Of a DNA stretch of 64,000 nucleotides, positions 50,251-60,185 are shown in pieces. A program made the translations under genes and the position numbers. A model generated the notes under the pieces. That model saw only the letters and a list, made by a program, of their open reading frames with translations, was not told the origin of the DNA and ran no database searches. The stretch comes from Bdellovibrionales bacterium (lineage in GTDB: Bacteria > Bdellovibrionota > Bdellovibrionia > Bdellovibrionales > JAMPXM01): positions 133,079 through 197,078 of the forward strand of contig JADJOF010000004.1 in assembly GCA_016713885.1 (NCBI GenBank), read 5' to 3'. The number at the start of each line of letters is the position of its first letter. The stretch's first letter is position 1.

Positions 50251-51365
50251 ATAACCCCCATGAGCGGTCCTACGAGAAACTCCATGATCGTCTTTCGCGG
50301 AATGTCAGACCGCCGCAATGGCGAAACCCACGGTCGGATGTCGACTGACATTTGCTCATCAAAGGACTCTATCGTCTGACGATCATTAAAAATGATCGAG
50401 ACTTCGGTATCGTGATTAAAACTTCTGCGGTTGAGGTTGACGCTTCCAAGCACGAGCGCCCTACGGTCAATGACAATCGCCTTCACATGCATGATATGTC
50501 CAGGCCGGCTGAAGTATCGAAATGCAAATGACCCAAACTCCTTTCGAATCGCCCTCGTCATTGCCGGTTGCAGAATACCCGGCATAAAGTCACCCTGAAG
50601 ATTAATATTCGTCGTTATTTCTATATCGACGCCACGATTGCGAGCTCGACCAAGAGCCGCTCGAAGCGCGCTCGTCAGATTGACATAAGGCGTGTAAATC
50701 TGAAGTGAGCGCTCAGCGCGATCGATCAGTTCAACGTAGGCACTCTCCAGTTGCCCTTTACTTGTCCCAAATGGTGAAGCAAAAAGAAAACCGTTTTGAA
50801 TTTTTTCTTGAGGACTCTGCAGGTCTGGCCTTGAGAGCACACGTTTTTCATTGAAGGCGATCATCTCTTGCGCCACTCGCTCAACTGCCGCAGGGTCACT
50901 CACCTTGAAGTCGACGTCGTCAAAATAAGTCCAATCGTAGAAAGGCTCTTTACCCCATTGGACGATGTCGGGAAATCGCGAGTTATCAGGCTGCTTATCG
51001 AAAAAATACATCTCTGAGAGATTTCTTCCTCCGGCAATAAACGCGCTGGCGCTGGGTTGCCGCTTCGAAAACGTCAAAAAAACCTTGATGTGATTGTTGC
51101 GATGCATGCCATGCAGACGATCCTCGAGCGTCGTCGCTTGCGACGTCTCGCTCTCATCCTGGCTGGTGTAAAGCGAATAGTGGATGTTCGGATTGTTCTT
51201 GGAAAAGCCATAGAGCCATCCCGTTTCTCGCGGCAGCAGAAGAGCGCGAGAGGTCATGAAGTAAACACGAGCTCCCTGTCTTGAGTGCCATTCTAACATT
51301 CGAAGCGTCAGAACACCGACAAAGTCCTTTAAGATCTGTAGGGTATCAACCACGATAAGGTCCAA
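50247..51365 (-). CDS. Phospholipase D superfamily protein (cardiolipin-synthase-like, two HKD-type motifs)
   Basis: It has a canonical 'HIMHVKAIVIDRRALVLGSVNLNRRS' and a degenerate N-terminal 'NHIKVFLTF...FIAGGRNLSEMYF'. It has a GTGA overlap with the downstream acyltransferase. The start (TTG) is uncertain. Confidence 0.7.
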   Translation of the reverse strand: MDLIVVDTLQILKDFVGVLTLRMLEWHSRQGARVYFMTSRALLLPRETGWLYGFSKNNPNIHYSLYTSQDESETSQATTLEDRLHGMHRNNHIKVFLTFSKRQPSASAFIAGGRNLSEMYFFDKQPDNSRFPDIVQWGKEPFYDWTYFDDVDFKVSDPAAVERVAQEMIAFNEKRVLSRPDLQSPQEKIQNGFLFASPFGTSKGQLESAYVELIDRAERSLQIYTPYVNLTSALRAALGRARNRGVDIEITTNINLQGDFMPGILQPAMTRAIRKEFGSFAFRYFSRPGHIMHVKAIVIDRRALVLGSVNLNRRSFNHDTEVSIIFNDRQTIESFDEQMSVDIRPWVSPLRRSDIPRKTIMEFLVGPLMGVM

Positions 51366-52737
51366 CTTTGAGCCCTTGTGAAATCAAGAGACATCGACGG
51401 ATCTTTGGCGACGAACTCGGACTCGGAGAGACGATAGCCCATCAGCATTTCAAAACGAGAGGCAAATGCTAGATAGGGATTCTTGAGAATCATCGCCGAC
51501 GGCTGTGTCACTTCACTCGACCACGCGCAGCCATAGCGCCCCACCAGCGGTTGACACTCTCGTCCACCGGTGCGCAACTCATGAACAACTGGATACTTTT
51601 CCTTCTCCGACTGCAAGCGAACATCAAATCCATCACCAATGAAACTACAACTCACGGCGGTCTGCCGATGGCCAACCGAAATAAACGTGCGCATCCCGTT
51701 GTGAGCCGATGGCCAGAGACGCAAGCTCAACTGCTGACTCCGTTTAGTTTCCGCTCCCTGAGTCACGACCACCGATTGATTGCAGGTCATCTTAAGATCC
51801 ACCGGCTGAGCGGGATCGCCATAGGGAGCGTCGCCGATCGAATTGACAATCTCGACGCGATCACCAGCCGGGAGAACCTGCTCAAGATGTTGACCTCGCA
51901 CAAATTCGTTGAGATCAATCAGCGACGGCGCAGCTCGTCCAGTTGCCGAAAGACCGCTGGCCACGGCGAACAAAAGAATTCCGGCCTTTGCCTTTCTCGA
52001 CATTTGATTTCGCAGCGAAGAGCCCAGCACGCGGTCGAACCAAGGCAATGCAAATCCAAAATTGACGTGATGATACTTGTGATGTTCAAAGTGCCGACGC
52101 GACGCCAGCAGTAGCTCTGGCCACCGAGTAGAACCAAAAAAATCGACACCGCTATGCCCCAGAGTGTTGAGCAGCATCGACGCGCAGACAAAAAGCAAAA
52201 TCGATTCAATATGGAAATTAAAAAATGGGAGTACCAGAGGAATCACGCTACCCAGCGCAGCAGCTTCTATGGGATGAAAACGAAATATCGCAAACGGCGA
52301 AATATTTGGTTCGCGATGATGAACAAAATGGAAATGATAAAGCCACCTTGTATGCAATAGTCGGTGGGCGACAAAGAAGTGAATCTCGTTCCACATGAGC
52401 AACACGAGTAGCTCGGCATAGAGCTGAACAGCCGTTCCACCCTCTAGAATTTCAATTTTGCCAAAAGCCAAGAGCCACCGAATCACCAGAATATTCGCGG
52501 CCAATACAACAATCGACGCCACCGACGTCTGAATCTCGTGGGCGATCTGCTTGCGTCGATAGGGTTTTGGGCTCAAAACCAGTGGACTCTGCTGGAGCTT
52601 CAGATGCCGAACAGCCAAAAGGCACCACCGGCAAAAAGAAAATACAGAGTCAAGGTGCCCATAAATGACACCAGATAGATCTGATACCAGGCCAGGTCAC
52701 TGATATATTGAAGGATTTTGAGATCTGACGTCGCCAT
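51329..52737 (-). CDS. Fatty-acid hydroxylase/sterol-desaturase-superfamily membrane protein, continuous with a domain of about 200 aa of unknown function; frame change near 52603-52615 as assembled
   Basis: His boxes 'HRLLH', 'HFVHH' and 'HHKYHH'. The N-terminus 'MATSDLKILQYISDLAWYQIYLVSFMGTLTLYFLFAGGAFWLFG' (ATG at 52737) reads in a different frame from track ORF 51329..52618. After the catalytic domain the ORF runs on into 'MSRKAKAGILLFAVASGLSATGRAAP...'. Confidence 0.6.
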
Positions 52738-52779
52738 CAACGAGGGTTAGAGCAACATCAGGGCCATGCCTGAAGGACC

Positions 52780-53817
52780 TTAGCCTCGGCTCATCGCCTT
52801 GAGCTCTGTTAGGAAACTGAGCGCTTTTGCTGCTGTGTCGGGTCCGGGCAGCACCGCCACGAGAGCCGAGACTTTAACTTGCATCGCACCGCGAATTTCA
52901 AGCGGCGTCACAAGCTGCGCGGCAGGTCGCCCTCGCAGCCACTCCTGCAGGCGCTCATCGCCGATCTCACAGCCGCTCAGTGGAATGAGGTCAATTCCGC
53001 GCTGGAGCTGCGGATATCGTTCAGTCAATCGATCAGCGCACCACGAGCTATCATGGAGCTCCGTGACGAGTGTCATTCGGTTCGCCGCTCGACGCTCGCC
53101 GGTCTTAGGCTCAAGAACTCGCCAGCCCTGAGGAAGGGCTTTTGAAAACTCAGCGATCTCTCGCTCAAAACTTCGCGCCTCTAAACACTCTTCGAGGAGA
53201 GCACGAAATGCGCTGGCGCTGGATGTAATCGCGGCCGCTTGAAAAGCATGTTGAGAAAGTCGTGGCACCAAGCGCAAACGATCGCCCAAAAGTGAAACCG
53301 CTGAACCGTCATCAAGACGCACGATTTTGATTTCATAAGGACGCGGCTTAAGTGCATCAACGCTCAACGGCGGCAAGTGCCGCACCCGAAGAAGCGGAAC
53401 GCGATTCCAACTCGCGTCGCCTAAGATTTTGTCGCGATTCGAACTGTCGTGTTCCATGGCCTCGAATCGATCATCATCGCAGAACGCGCAGAAAAGTGCA
53501 TTTTGAGCGGTCACCGTCCCCGCCGCAAGATCAGCCACAGCGAGACTCTGCGAACTGACAACCTGTCCGGGAAATCGAAGACAGGGATCATCGCTGGCCT
53601 CGATGACAGCCCCCGTGCGCCCTGATCCCATTTCACGATTGCGGTCGAGAAGCAAAAGCGCCCACTCGATAAGTGCCGCTTCCACCGACGGATGAAGACA
53701 AAGACTCGTATTAGGCGCGAGACTAGAAACCTTCGTCCTCAATAAACGAAGAGCCGTCTCGCTGGCCTCATACCAGGCCAAGGACGGCTCTTTGAAGGGC
53801 GAAGGCCGGTGCTGCAC
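52780..53817 (-). CDS. Hypothetical protein (345 aa) abutting nuoI
   Basis: The GTG start at 53817 is the nucleotide immediately after the nuoI TAG (53818-53820). I recognised no motif. Confidence 0.5.
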   Translation of the reverse strand: MQHRPSPFKEPSLAWYEASETALRLLRTKVSSLAPNTSLCLHPSVEAALIEWALLLLDRNREMGSGRTGAVIEASDDPCLRFPGQVVSSQSLAVADLAAGTVTAQNALFCAFCDDDRFEAMEHDSSNRDKILGDASWNRVPLLRVRHLPPLSVDALKPRPYEIKIVRLDDGSAVSLLGDRLRLVPRLSQHAFQAAAITSSASAFRALLEECLEARSFEREIAEFSKALPQGWRVLEPKTGERRAANRMTLVTELHDSSWCADRLTERYPQLQRGIDLIPLSGCEIGDERLQEWLRGRPAAQLVTPLEIRGAMQVKVSALVAVLPGPDTAAKALSFLTELKAMSRG

Positions 53818-54402
53818 CTAGATTCCAGCCTTGTGACGTTCTTCTTCGTCGACAATCGAAACAATTCCGCCCTTCAAAGCCGGCCGATAGGCGAGCTGCT
53901 TCAGGTCATATTGAAACTCAGAACCGTTGATTCCCGGCGTCTGCCACTCAGGTCCCATACGGATCGCATCGACTGGGCAAGCCTCTTCGCAAAAGCCGCA
54001 GAAGACGCAGCGAAGAATATCGATCTCATACGAAATCGGAAACTTCTCAACTGTCGGGTCCTCGTGCTCACTGGCGACGATCGAGATACAATCCGCCGGA
54101 CAGTTTGTCGCGCACAACATGCACGCCGTGCAACGAAGCGCCCCGTCTTTCTTCACAGTCAGAACGTGGTTCCCCTTGAAGCGCGGCGAGTATTCGTACT
54201 TCTCCTCTGGGTAGTTCACCGTCGGCATGAGCTCACGCTTAGCGCCACCCATGCTCTTCACATAGTCAAAGAGGTTTCGAAGCATCTTCGTGCCAGTCAA
54301 AGTCAGACCAAGGAGAATGCCTGGCAGAAACCAGTTCGACGCGGCCTCTGGACGCTTCACTTTAAACGTCGAATTTTTATCCACAGTTTGAACGGTGCTC
54401 AT
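53818..54402 (-). CDS. nuoI: NADH-quinone oxidoreductase subunit I
   Basis: Two 4Fe-4S motifs, 'CTACMLCATNCP' and 'CVFCGFCEEACP'. The ATG at 54402 shares one nucleotide with the nuoG TGA. Confidence 0.9.
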   Translation of the reverse strand: MSTVQTVDKNSTFKVKRPEAASNWFLPGILLGLTLTGTKMLRNLFDYVKSMGGAKRELMPTVNYPEEKYEYSPRFKGNHVLTVKKDGALRCTACMLCATNCPADCISIVASEHEDPTVEKFPISYEIDILRCVFCGFCEEACPVDAIRMGPEWQTPGINGSEFQYDLKQLAYRPALKGGIVSIVDEEERHKAGI

Positions 54403-55958
54403 CACCAAACTCCTCGAGTCAAAGTGAACTCATTGTCGACGCGACCTTTGCCGATCTCATTGGGCTTGTCGCCTTCTGGGGTCTGTTTCGCAAGAAGGTC
54501 TTCACCGCGGAACAGCTGAACGGCTTCGGCAAGCGAGAGTGCGCCCGGAACGATCGACGTCACAGCCTGTGTCTTTTGACGAAGGCCTGCGTGATTGACG
54601 AATGTTCCCGGTTTTTCAACGTAGGTTTTCAACGGCAAGAGCGCGACGTCACCCGCGAGCGACTCAAGCTCTGAATTCTTGCCAGCCGTCATCCACACAA
54701 GTTTCGCCGCTTTTGAAAGTTCAGAAATCTTCACTTTCATATCAGGGAAAAGCGCCTGGTTCTCTGGTCCCGCCACGACGACAGTCTTCACAGCACCAGT
54801 GCCGATCGCATCGGTCAGCGACTTCCACTGTGTGCTGATACCATTTTTCGCAAGCACTTCGATCAAACCCTTGGTATTTGGGTTCTTGTCTCCGCGAATC
54901 AAAATTCCATCAAAGCTATCGATCATATCTGGATTGTTGATCCAGTGATAAATCTGCGTGGTGCCAACATCGTTTTTAAAGTAGCTGACGATCGCTTCGT
55001 ACTCTTCAACAGAGTGCGAACCCGTGAGCACTAATGCCACCGATGCCCTGACCTTAAGCGTCGCGCCCAAGCGCTTTGCCAGCTCCATCGGCTGCATGTG
55101 CTCCGTTTTTCCACCCGATACGATCTTCGCATCGATCAGACGATTCTCGCGATTCACAAACTTGTAAACGTCGCGGCCGTCATCGCACATCCAGTGACCA
55201 TTCACCGCAGCGTTGTAAACAGGCTTCACGCGGAAGACGCCTTCTTTATTGTAGTAGGCCTTCACGTTACAACCAGTCGAACAGCCGGTGCAGATGGTCT
55301 CTTTGTCCTTTAAGAACCAAACGCGCTGACGGAAGCGGAAGTCCCGCGAGGTCAGAGCGCCAACTGGGCAAATATCGACAACGTTCGTTGAATACTTATT
55401 GGTCAGTGGCTTTCCGTCAAAAGTTCCAACTTCGGCGCGGTCACCGCGATTGAAAATACCAAGCTCCGATGTTTTCGGAACCTCATCGCAGAAGCGCACG
55501 CAGCGCGAACAAAGAATACAGCGCTCACTATCAAGAACGACGCGAGGCCCAAGGTCGACGACCTTGTGCTTCTTCACTTTCGCTTCGCCCATCTTCGAGT
55601 CGTTGCGACCGTATTTCATGTACTGATCTTGAAGTCCGCACTCACCGGCCTGATCACAGATCGGGCAATCAAGTGGGTGGTTGATCAAGTGGAAGTCGAG
55701 TCCCCACTTCACGGCGTCTTTCACCTTCTCGGACACATTCGACACTTTCATGCCGGGAGTGACCGTGGTGTTGCACGCGATCTGCAAACGCGGATTGCCT
55801 TCGATCTCGACCATACAGAGGCGGCAGACGCCCGCAACCGAGAGACCCGGATGCCAGCAGTAGTGAGCGATATCGATCTTGTTCTGATAAAAAGCCTCGA
55901 TAATCGTTGAGCCTTCTTTGACCTCAACCTCTTGGCCATTCACCTGAATCTTCACCAT
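54402..55958 (-). CDS. nuoG: NADH-quinone oxidoreductase subunit G (short form, about 518 aa)
   Basis: The ATG at 55958 gives 'MVKIQVNGQEVEVKEGSTIIEAF...HPGLSVAGVCRLCMVEIEG', 'HPLDCPICDQAGEC' and 'CILCSRCVRFC'. Confidence 0.9.
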   Translation of the reverse strand: MVKIQVNGQEVEVKEGSTIIEAFYQNKIDIAHYCWHPGLSVAGVCRLCMVEIEGNPRLQIACNTTVTPGMKVSNVSEKVKDAVKWGLDFHLINHPLDCPICDQAGECGLQDQYMKYGRNDSKMGEAKVKKHKVVDLGPRVVLDSERCILCSRCVRFCDEVPKTSELGIFNRGDRAEVGTFDGKPLTNKYSTNVVDICPVGALTSRDFRFRQRVWFLKDKETICTGCSTGCNVKAYYNKEGVFRVKPVYNAAVNGHWMCDDGRDVYKFVNRENRLIDAKIVSGGKTEHMQPMELAKRLGATLKVRASVALVLTGSHSVEEYEAIVSYFKNDVGTTQIYHWINNPDMIDSFDGILIRGDKNPNTKGLIEVLAKNGISTQWKSLTDAIGTGAVKTVVVAGPENQALFPDMKVKISELSKAAKLVWMTAGKNSELESLAGDVALLPLKTYVEKPGTFVNHAGLRQKTQAVTSIVPGALSLAEAVQLFRGEDLLAKQTPEGDKPNEIGKGRVDNEFTLTRGVW

Positions 55959-55965
55959 CGGAACA

Positions 55966-57261
55966 TTAGTGGTGGAGCTGTGCATAGATCTGCCCTCCGC
56001 GAACCTTCGATTTCTTTTCTTTGATGAAGTACTCAAACTCATCGCGGAATTTCGTAACAAAACTCAAAACCGGCAATGCCGCCGCATCCGAAAGCGCACA
56101 GATCGTGCGGCCTTTCATGTTGTCGGCAATTTTTAGCAGCATATCGACATCACCCGGCTTGGCGTGACCATGAATAATGCTGTGGATGATCTTTTCGATC
56201 CAACCCGTGCCTTCACGGCACGGCGTACACTGACCGCAAGATTCGTGATGGTAGAAGTGTGTGATCGTCGACAGCACATCGACCATGCAGTTTGAATCAT
56301 CGATCACGATAATCGCACCTGAGCCAAGCATGCTGCCCATGCCCGCAAGGCACTCGTAATCGAGTGTTGCGCGTTCAGCCTCTTCCGCCGTCAAAACCGG
56401 AGCTGACGATCCACCAGGAACAACCGCCTTCAGTTTTCGTCCAGGCTTTAAACCGCCGCATTCGATATTGATCAGATCGATCATTTTGTAGCCGAGCGGA
56501 ACCTCGTAGGTGCCAGGCTTATTCACGTTTCCTGAGATCGAAAACAGTTTGGTGCCGGCTGACTTTTCCGTTCCATACTTGCGATAGCCCTGGCCCCCGT
56601 CGCGAATGATATTCACAACGGCGGCGAGAGTCTCGACGTTGTTTACGATCGTCGGTTTTTTCAGATATCCCTGAACCGCTGGGAATGGCGGCTTCAGCTT
56701 CGGCTGCCCTTTGTAGCCCTCAAGCGAAGAGATCAAGCCCGTCTCTTCACCACAGATATAGGCACCGGCACCAAGGTAAAGATCGAGATCGCAATCAAAA
56801 CCCGAACCCAAAATATTCTTGCCGATCAATCCCGCCGCTTTTGCTTCAGTAATTGCCTGTTCAAGAATAGCCGCCGGCCCCATGTATTCGCCGCGAATAT
56901 AAATATAGGCTTTGTGCGACTTCACCGCGAACGCCGCGATCAACATACCTTCGATCAGCTGATGCGGAGCCTTCTCCATCATCACTCGATCTTTAAAGGT
57001 TCCAGGCTCAGACTCGTCGGCATTGCAGAGAAGGTAACGAGGCTCGCCGTTATTCGGAAGAAAGCCCCACTTCATACCGGTCGAGAAGCCCGCACCACCG
57101 CGACCGCGAAGCCCAGAGGCCTTCACTTCGTCGATGATCTTCTGCGGCTCCATCTTGAGTGCCTTTGCCAGCATCTCGTAGCCGCCGTGTTTTTTGTAAC
57201 CGTCGAGCGAACGGTACTCTGGTTTTAAATAGTGCTCGGAAAGGTATTTCACTTCTGCCAT
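55966..57261 (-). CDS. nuoF: NADH-quinone oxidoreductase subunit F
   Basis: 431 aa with 'GLRGRGGAGFSTGMKW', 'YLLCNADESEPGTFKDR' and 'ESCGQCTPCREG'. Confidence 0.95.
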   Translation of the reverse strand: MAEVKYLSEHYLKPEYRSLDGYKKHGGYEMLAKALKMEPQKIIDEVKASGLRGRGGAGFSTGMKWGFLPNNGEPRYLLCNADESEPGTFKDRVMMEKAPHQLIEGMLIAAFAVKSHKAYIYIRGEYMGPAAILEQAITEAKAAGLIGKNILGSGFDCDLDLYLGAGAYICGEETGLISSLEGYKGQPKLKPPFPAVQGYLKKPTIVNNVETLAAVVNIIRDGGQGYRKYGTEKSAGTKLFSISGNVNKPGTYEVPLGYKMIDLINIECGGLKPGRKLKAVVPGGSSAPVLTAEEAERATLDYECLAGMGSMLGSGAIIVIDDSNCMVDVLSTITHFYHHESCGQCTPCREGTGWIEKIIHSIIHGHAKPGDVDMLLKIADNMKGRTICALSDAAALPVLSFVTKFRDEFEYFIKEKKSKVRGGQIYAQLHH

Positions 57262-57269
57262 AGCGGACC

Positions 57270-57767
57270 TCAGTGCCCTTTCCCGCGTGCGCGAAGATCG
57301 CGAACGAGTTGAAGGCCTTTTTCCATGTTGAGACTCTCAGTGTACGGATCGCGATTGATCTGAAGCATTGGCGCGGTATCGCACGAACCGAGGCACTCAA
57401 CTTTTGAAAAAGTGAACATGCCGTCAGCTGAAACATCGCCCATCTCTTTGCAACCGGCTTCTTTCATCATCGCATCGCAAAGCTCGCGGCCACCCATCAT
57501 CCCGCAGGTCAGCGTGCAACAGACCTGGATGTGGTATTTGCCGACCGGCTTTTGATTGAACATCGTGTAAAACGTCGCGACTTCTTCAATCTGCGCCGCC
57601 GGGATCTCCATCACTTCCGAGAGATGGCTGATCACATCGTGATTCACCCAGCCCCCGTTTTCATCCTGTGCGCGATAGAGCGAACGAATGATCGCCGACT
57701 GCTTTGTTTCATAGCGAGTCAGCTCTGATTTTACGTACTTCATGCCTTCTTCAGAGAGTTTAAACAT
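57270..57767 (-). CDS. nuoE: NADH-quinone oxidoreductase subunit E
   Basis: 165 aa with 'HIQVCCTLTCGMMG' and 'VECLGSCDTAPM' (2Fe-2S ligands). Confidence 0.9.
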   Translation of the reverse strand: MFKLSEEGMKYVKSELTRYETKQSAIIRSLYRAQDENGGWVNHDVISHLSEVMEIPAAQIEEVATFYTMFNQKPVGKYHIQVCCTLTCGMMGGRELCDAMMKEAGCKEMGDVSADGMFTFSKVECLGSCDTAPMLQINRDPYTESLNMEKGLQLVRDLRARGKGH

Positions 57768-57777
57768 ATCTTATTCC

Positions 57778-59497
57778 TTACCGATCCAGCTCACCCGCGA
57801 TCAGGTTCATCGAACCCAAGATCGCGATGACATCTGCCAATAGTCCGCCCGTGATTTGATCCGGGAACGATTGATAAATTGAGAAGCACGGCGGGCGAAC
57901 CTTGAGACGATACGGACGTCCCGAGCCATCGCTCACCAAGTAGAATCCAAGCTCGCCATTGGCCGCTTCTGTCGCGTCGTAAATTTCGCCGACAGGAGGA
58001 CGAAGCCCTTTGATCACCAACATAAAGTGATTCATGAGGCCTTCGATGTTGCCGTAAACTTCTTTTTTCTGGCAACACGATCGCCTTATCGCGAATCGTG
58101 TAGTCGCCAGCTGGAACATTCTTGCAAACCTGTTCGATGATCGAAAGCGACTCGCGCATCTCAGCCACGCGAACAAGATAGCGATCAAAAACATCGCCGG
58201 TTGTTCCTACTGGAACCTTGAAGTCGAGCTGATCGTAAATGTAGTACGGCTGCGACTTGCGGAGATCAAGCCCCACACCCGCCGCTCTGAGCAGCGGTCC
58301 GGTGTAGCCCCAAGAAATCGCGTCTTCGGCCGAGATCGCGCCAACACCCTGCGTGCGTTGCTGCCAAATCTTGTTGCCTGTGAGCAGCCCGTCGAGCGTA
58401 TCAACGCCCGCCCGAATTTTCTTAACTGTATCAAGAACGTCGTCAAACCAACCCTCAGGCGCATCGTTTGCCATGCCGCCGATTCGCGTGAGCGAAACCG
58501 TGAGGCGCGCGCCGCAGAGCTTTTCAAACAAGGTGTAAACCATCTCGCGATAGGTGAAGAGATGGAAGAAGCCCGTGAGCGCTCCAAGATCGACCGCATT
58601 GGCACCGATACACACGATGTGATCGATAACACGCGAGAGCTCAGACAAGATCACGCGCATCGCCTGCGCCTTGGGCGGAATCTCAACGCCCAGCATACGC
58701 TCGACCGTTTTGCAGTAAGCGACGTTATTGAGTGGTGCCGAGCAGTAATTCAAGCGATCGGTGTACGGAATCACCTGATTGTAGGGATGTGTTTCCGCCA
58801 TCTTTTCAAAACAACGGTGAAGGTAACCAATCTCAACACCGGCACGCGCGATTGTTTCACCATCGATCTCGGCCATCACTCGGAGTGTTCCGTGTGTCGC
58901 CGGATGCGACGGACCGATATTGAGAGGAACAAGCTGGCGGCCCTCGCCGACCAGTTTTGCATCGGGAGCAAAGTGCAGAGGCATAGCGACTGAGCAGTGC
59001 TGCTGATGATCGGCATCGTAATCTTTGCGAAGCGGATGGCCGACAAACTCATGATGAGTCAGCAGGCGAGTCAAATTCGGATGGCCCTCAAAAACCACAC
59101 CGAACATATCCCAGGCTTCGCGCTCAAACCAGTTCGCCGCGCGGTAGATGCCCGTGATCGACTTCACCGTCTCACCTTCACCGACTTGCGTCTTCACGCG
59201 CAGACGCGAAAACGTCTTTGACGAGAAGAGGTGGTAGACAACGTCAAAGCGCTTCTCGCGCGTCGGGTAGTCAACACAGGTCACATCCATCACAAAATCA
59301 TATCGGCCTGATTCTTTGAGATGACGAAACAGCGCCGTGACTGCTTCACGCGGAATCTCAAGAACGTCGTCGCCCACTGGTGTCGTAAAAAATTTAAATT
59401 TCTCGAGAGTCTGCGGAGGCAAGGCCTCGGCCCCACGGGCGCCGCTAGCGAATTGCGAGAGATCCGACTTTAGGTTTTCAATTTGCTCCATACTCAT
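57778..59497 (-). CDS. nuoCD: Fused NADH-quinone oxidoreductase subunits C and D; frame change at 58063-58068 as assembled
   Basis: NuoC-like: 'FDVVYHLFS...ANWFEREAWDMFGVVFEGHP'. NuoD-like: 'LNIGPSHPATHGTLRV...'. The authentic C-terminus 'EVYGNIEGLMNHFMLV...GELGFYLVSDGSGRPYRLKVRPPCF' reads in the frame of ORF 57778..58194. The switch falls in an A6 run on the coding strand. Confidence 0.9.
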
Positions 59498-59559
59498 TCC
59501 TCAGTCTTAAGTTCCTCAGTGGAGGGCAAGCGTCTTATCGTGCTGTCGGCTGCGCCTTT

Positions 59560-60185
59560 TCAGAGCGGCGATTTAATAAAGGCCGGACGCTTCCAGTTCT
59601 CACGCCACGGACGCGGCGTGTGTTCCGCAATCATCCGCTGCAGCGTCATGATGCCGTCGAGAACTGCCTCTGGCGTCGGCGGACATCCCGGGACAAATAC
59701 GTCAACGGGAACAACCTTATCGATACCCTGAAGAACGTGGTACGAGCGATAGAAGCCACCGCTCGAAGCGCAAGCTCCCATCGAAATCACGTATTTCGGA
59801 TCCAACATCTGCTCGTAGATATGAACCAAAATCGGCGCCATTTTTTCGGTGATGGTGCCGGCGACGATCAGGAGGTCGGCTTGACGAGGAGAAAAACGCA
59901 CAACCTCGGCACCGAAGCGCGCGAGATCATATTTAGGGCCCATGACTGACATGAGTTCAATACCACAGCACGCCGTTCCGTACGGCATCGGCCAGAGCGC
60001 ATCTTCTGGCCCCACGCCACGATGTCATCGAGTCGTGTGGTGAAGGCAAACTGTTTTGCCGCGTTGTCAAAAGCGAGATCGGCTTCTGAAACGATCGTCG
60101 GCAGTTGCGGATGCATCACATCCGATTGTGAAGAGGAAACATTCGGCGTCGATTGTGTTTTTGCCGGTGCATTGGGTGTGTTCAT
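59560..60185 (-). CDS. nuoB: NADH-quinone oxidoreductase subunit B; frame change near 59998-60008 as assembled
   Basis: '...[13 protein letters not shown]' (ORF 59868..60185) continues in another frame as '[18 protein letters not shown]...GACASSGG...[10 protein letters not shown]' (ORF 59560..60015). Confidence 0.85.
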
